The notes below the pieces were generated by a model. The model did not search any database and had not been told where the DNA came from. It saw nothing but the letters and a program-made list of their open reading frames with translations. Below are positions 60,161 through 64,000 of a stretch of DNA of 64,000 nt, one piece after another (positions within the stretch are counted from its first letter, which is position 1; each line of letters starts with the position of its first letter). Origin of the DNA: an uncultured beta proteobacterium (GTDB lineage: Bacteria; Pseudomonadota; Gammaproteobacteria; Burkholderiales; SG8-39); the NCBI GenBank assembly GCA_963789885.1, contig CAWBNB010000049.1, positions 1,304-65,303 on the forward strand, read 5' to 3'. The position numbers were made by a program, and so were the translations under genes.

Positions 60161-61042
60161 TCAGGGCAGGCGACGCGCCGTCCAGCGGCCCGAGCTCCCG
60201 GGCCGGGTCAGCTCGCCTGCCATCGTCGCGCCGGTCACCCGGCCGCGGAACACGAGCATGCGGCCGGCGTGGAAGACGTCGAACCGTATCGCGTCGGCGC
60301 GTACAGTGAGGTCGCGGAGCGCGAGCGAGGTGCCGTCGACGATCGCCGCGCCTTCGAGCCGGTCGGGCCACTGCTCGATCGCGAGCTCGACCGGACGCGC
60401 CGCGATCGGCTGATCCGCTTCCAGCGCCCAGCGCCCGTCGACCTGCGCCGGCACCACGTAGTAGAAGAGCTTCGTCTCGGTCATGCCGTTGATGTTGAAC
60501 TTCTCCTCGACGTCGAAGATCAGCGTCTTGTCCGGGCGCCACGGTTCGAGCGGGTAGTCGTGCGAGACGATCCGCGCACCGGGACGCAGCTCGGCACGGA
60601 GCTTCGGCACGAGCTGGACGACGAGGCGCGGCAGGAGATACATCGTCACCACGGTCGCGTCGCGGAGGTCGGCCTTCAGGACGTCGCCCTCGACGAACTT
60701 CACGCGCTCGGCGACGCCGTCGCGCTCGGCCTGCACGCGCGAGAAGATCACGAGGTCGCCGTTGAGCTCGATGCCCACGCCGCGGGCGCCATGACGCTTC
60801 GACGCGGCGATCACGAAGCGCCCGTCGCCCGAGCCCAGGTCGTAGACCGTGTCGTCCGGACGGATCTCGACGAGCTTCAGCATCTCGTCGACGATCACCC
60901 ACGGCGTCGGGACGAACGGGCCGCCGTCGTTCGTCGGAGGCTTCGGCTGCGCGCGCACGGGCGCCGGCGTCGCGAGCGCGAACGGCGCGGCGCCGATCGC
61001 GCCGATCAGGCGGCGACGCGTCGCATCCGGGGCGCGCGTCAC
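60161..61042 (-). CDS. Class I SAM-dependent methyltransferase with N-terminal Tat-like signal and a C-terminal beta-rich domain
   Basis: TRRRLIGAIGAAPFALATPAPVRA-QP signal. Motif I VYDLGSGDGRFVI. Confidence 0.8.
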   Translation of the reverse strand: MTRAPDATRRRLIGAIGAAPFALATPAPVRAQPKPPTNDGGPFVPTPWVIVDEMLKLVEIRPDDTVYDLGSGDGRFVIAASKRHGARGVGIELNGDLVIFSRVQAERDGVAERVKFVEGDVLKADLRDATVVTMYLLPRLVVQLVPKLRAELRPGARIVSHDYPLEPWRPDKTLIFDVEEKFNINGMTETKLFYYVVPAQVDGRWALEADQPIAARPVELAIEQWPDRLEGAAIVDGTSLALRDLTVRADAIRFDVFHAGRMLVFRGRVTGATMAGELTRPGSSGRWTARRLP

Positions 61043-61049
61043 GAGGTGC

Positions 61050-62711
<1,662 letters not shown>

Positions 62712-62783
62712 CGGACTGACCGGGAATCGGTGCGGGAATGGAACGGGGCGCGATTATCCCCCGATCGCGCTCGGCGCGCCGCG

Positions 62784-63179
62784 CTAGATCGACTTGAGGT
62801 ACTCGGCCGGCGAGAGGATCTTTACGCCTTTGATCGACTTTCCGTAGAGGTCCCCGAAGTGGCGTCGGTCGCCGGTTAGGAGATGGGTCGCACCCGCCTC
62901 GATCGCCGCCAGGAGGATCGGCGCGTCCTTCTCGACCAGCTTGACGCCGTCGGGCAACCGCCCCCCGGCGACGGCATCGACGAGCTCGATGCTCTTGGCG
63001 AAAGCGGTCAGCCGCGAGCGTTGCTCGCCGCTCTCCAGGTTCCGCTCTGCCTCCGCCAAGGCGTATCGCGAGGTGATCAGCGTCGCATCGGGGACGCGCC
63101 ACAGGCGGGCGAGTCCGGAATCTTCCAGCCACGCCGCCGAGAACAGCACGTTCGCGTCGAGGAAGACGCGGTGCGTCAC
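62784..63179 (-). CDS. vapC: PIN-domain toxin (VapC-like)
   Basis: VFLDANVLF... with acidic PIN residues. The GTG at 63179 overlaps the antitoxin TGA (GTGA). Confidence 0.75.
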   Translation of the reverse strand: MTHRVFLDANVLFSAAWLEDSGLARLWRVPDATLITSRYALAEAERNLESGEQRSRLTAFAKSIELVDAVAGGRLPDGVKLVEKDAPILLAAIEAGATHLLTGDRRHFGDLYGKSIKGVKILSPAEYLKSI

Positions 63180-63457
63180 GGCCGGCGGTGCGGGATACTC
63201 TCCGGATCCAATCCGAGTTTGCGCACCGCGCGGACGGCGCGCTTGTAGTCGGCGGCGTCGACGGCGTTGTTGAGCAGGAGCTCCGCCTTGCGGCGCGCCG
63301 AGTACACCTCCACCGGCACCGCCACTGCGGGCCGGATGCTGATCCCGTCCTCGGTCTCCTCGAGCACGACCATCCCGCCTTCCTGCAACCCGAAGCGGCG
63401 CCGCAACTTGGCGGGAATCACCAGGGTGCCGTTGCGGCCGATCTTGCCGGTTTCCAT
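63176..63457 (-). CDS. vapB: AbrB/SpoVT-family antitoxin (VapB-like)
   Basis: GRNGTLVIPAKLRRRFGLQEGGMVVLEE swapped-hairpin motif, 93 aa. Confidence 0.8.
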   Translation of the reverse strand: METGKIGRNGTLVIPAKLRRRFGLQEGGMVVLEETEDGISIRPAVAVPVEVYSARRKAELLLNNAVDAADYKRAVRAVRKLGLDPESIPHRRP

Positions 63458-63458
63458 G

Positions 63459-63481
63459 TTCTGAATCTCGTAAACTCAGAA
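63459..63481. promoter_or_regulatory. Inverted repeat TTCTGA-N11-TCAGAA immediately upstream of the antitoxin start (candidate autoregulatory operator)
   Basis: Read directly from the sequence. It lies in a local AT-rich stretch next to the ATG at 63457. Confidence 0.35.
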
Positions 63482-63546
63482 ATTCCAATAATAACACGGA
63501 CGACCGACCAGGCTTCCGGCACTCCTCCTCATCGGATCGGCGGCGG

Positions 63547-63933
63547 CTACACCGCGGCGAGCCGGTACGCGGTCCCGTACGGACCGAATTCGTGGCTCGT
63601 CACGCCGTTCTGCAGCGACCCGGCGTATCGGGGCAGCGGCTGCTCGACGGTGATCTTCACGATCGCCGAGTCGCCGGGCTTGACGAGGCCGGCGTGGACC
63701 GCTGCCACTGCGATCGCGGAGTCGCCGGTGTAGACGCCGGTGCCCCAGAGCGGCCCCGCGGCTTCGCCCGCCACGCGAAAATAGTAGGTCGCGCCGACCG
63801 GATCGCAGAGATCGATCATGGTGAGCGGCGCATCCGCGGCGAGCAGCCCCTGGTCGAGAAGCCGTCGGATCTGCTTCCTGGTGAGCCGCCCACGGCGGTC
63901 GAAGTAGGCGACGAGTTCCTGCAAGACTTTCAT
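63547..63933 (-). CDS. Cytoplasmic LCCL-like domain protein
   Basis: GTGVYTGDSAIAVAAVHAGLVKPGDSAIVKITV...YAGSLQNGVTSHEF aligns by eye with the LCCL core (VYG..Y...SSIC.AAVH.GV...GG.V.V...Y.S...NGI.S). GAAGGAG SD. No signal peptide. Confidence 0.65.
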   Translation of the reverse strand: MKVLQELVAYFDRRGRLTRKQIRRLLDQGLLAADAPLTMIDLCDPVGATYYFRVAGEAAGPLWGTGVYTGDSAIAVAAVHAGLVKPGDSAIVKITVEQPLPRYAGSLQNGVTSHEFGPYGTAYRLAAV

Positions 63934-63943
63934 TTGCTCTCCT

Positions 63944-64000
63944 TCAAACGGGCTGCATGGCGATCACGCGCCCGTACGGCGGTCCGAACGCGCCCGCCCC
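63944..64000 (-). CDS. 3' end of a second LCCL-like paralogue (5' end outside the window)
   Basis: The last 18 codons, ...GAGAFGPPYGRVIAMQPV*, parallel the C-terminus ...SHEFGPYGTAYRLAAV* of the downstream gene. Confidence 0.45.
   Translation of the reverse strand, partial: GAGAFGPPYGRVIAMQPV

Overview
This is a very GC-rich segment (by eye about two-thirds to 70% G+C, with codon third positions almost all G/C). It looks like an ordinary chromosomal metabolic and housekeeping region of a proteobacterium. The gene content resembles a Burkholderiales-type organism: four orphan Bug/TctC solute-binding proteins, LysR/AraC/Crp regulators, three aldo/keto reductases, and intradiol and Rieske oxygenases. 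I call about 70 protein-coding genes. They include two ABC-F ATPases (a 5'-truncated Uup-like gene at the left edge and EttA near the right edge), YgiQ radical SAM, M14 and M23 peptidases, a Kef-type antiporter, PrsW, a MASE2-GGDEF cyclase and a VapBC-like pair. I recognised no rRNA, tRNA, CRISPR array, transposase or prophage gene. The strongest anomaly is a six-gene minus-strand operon at 34.4-40.7 kb (HpaB-family oxygenase plus a Liv-type ABC transporter). It is broken by at least 26 single-base frameshifts, while the genes touching both of its ends are intact. I found only three isolated frameshifts in the other ~57 kb. Secondary candidates are:
- a CRP-spaced palindrome present twice around a Crp/Fnr gene and a cNMP-domain-only gene, next to a hairpin-dense leader;
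- a translationally coupled small-protein plus minimal nucleotidyltransferase pair;
- tandem cysteine-less LCCL-like cytoplasmic proteins;
- a SMUG1-type glycosylase with no canonical start codon;
- a secreted CxxCH protein;
- a Tat-signal SAM methyltransferase.
All functional calls rest on motif and family recognition by eye from the supplied translations. No database search, HMM or folding calculation was run. Many long ORFs in the track are antisense artefacts of the high GC content and were rejected.
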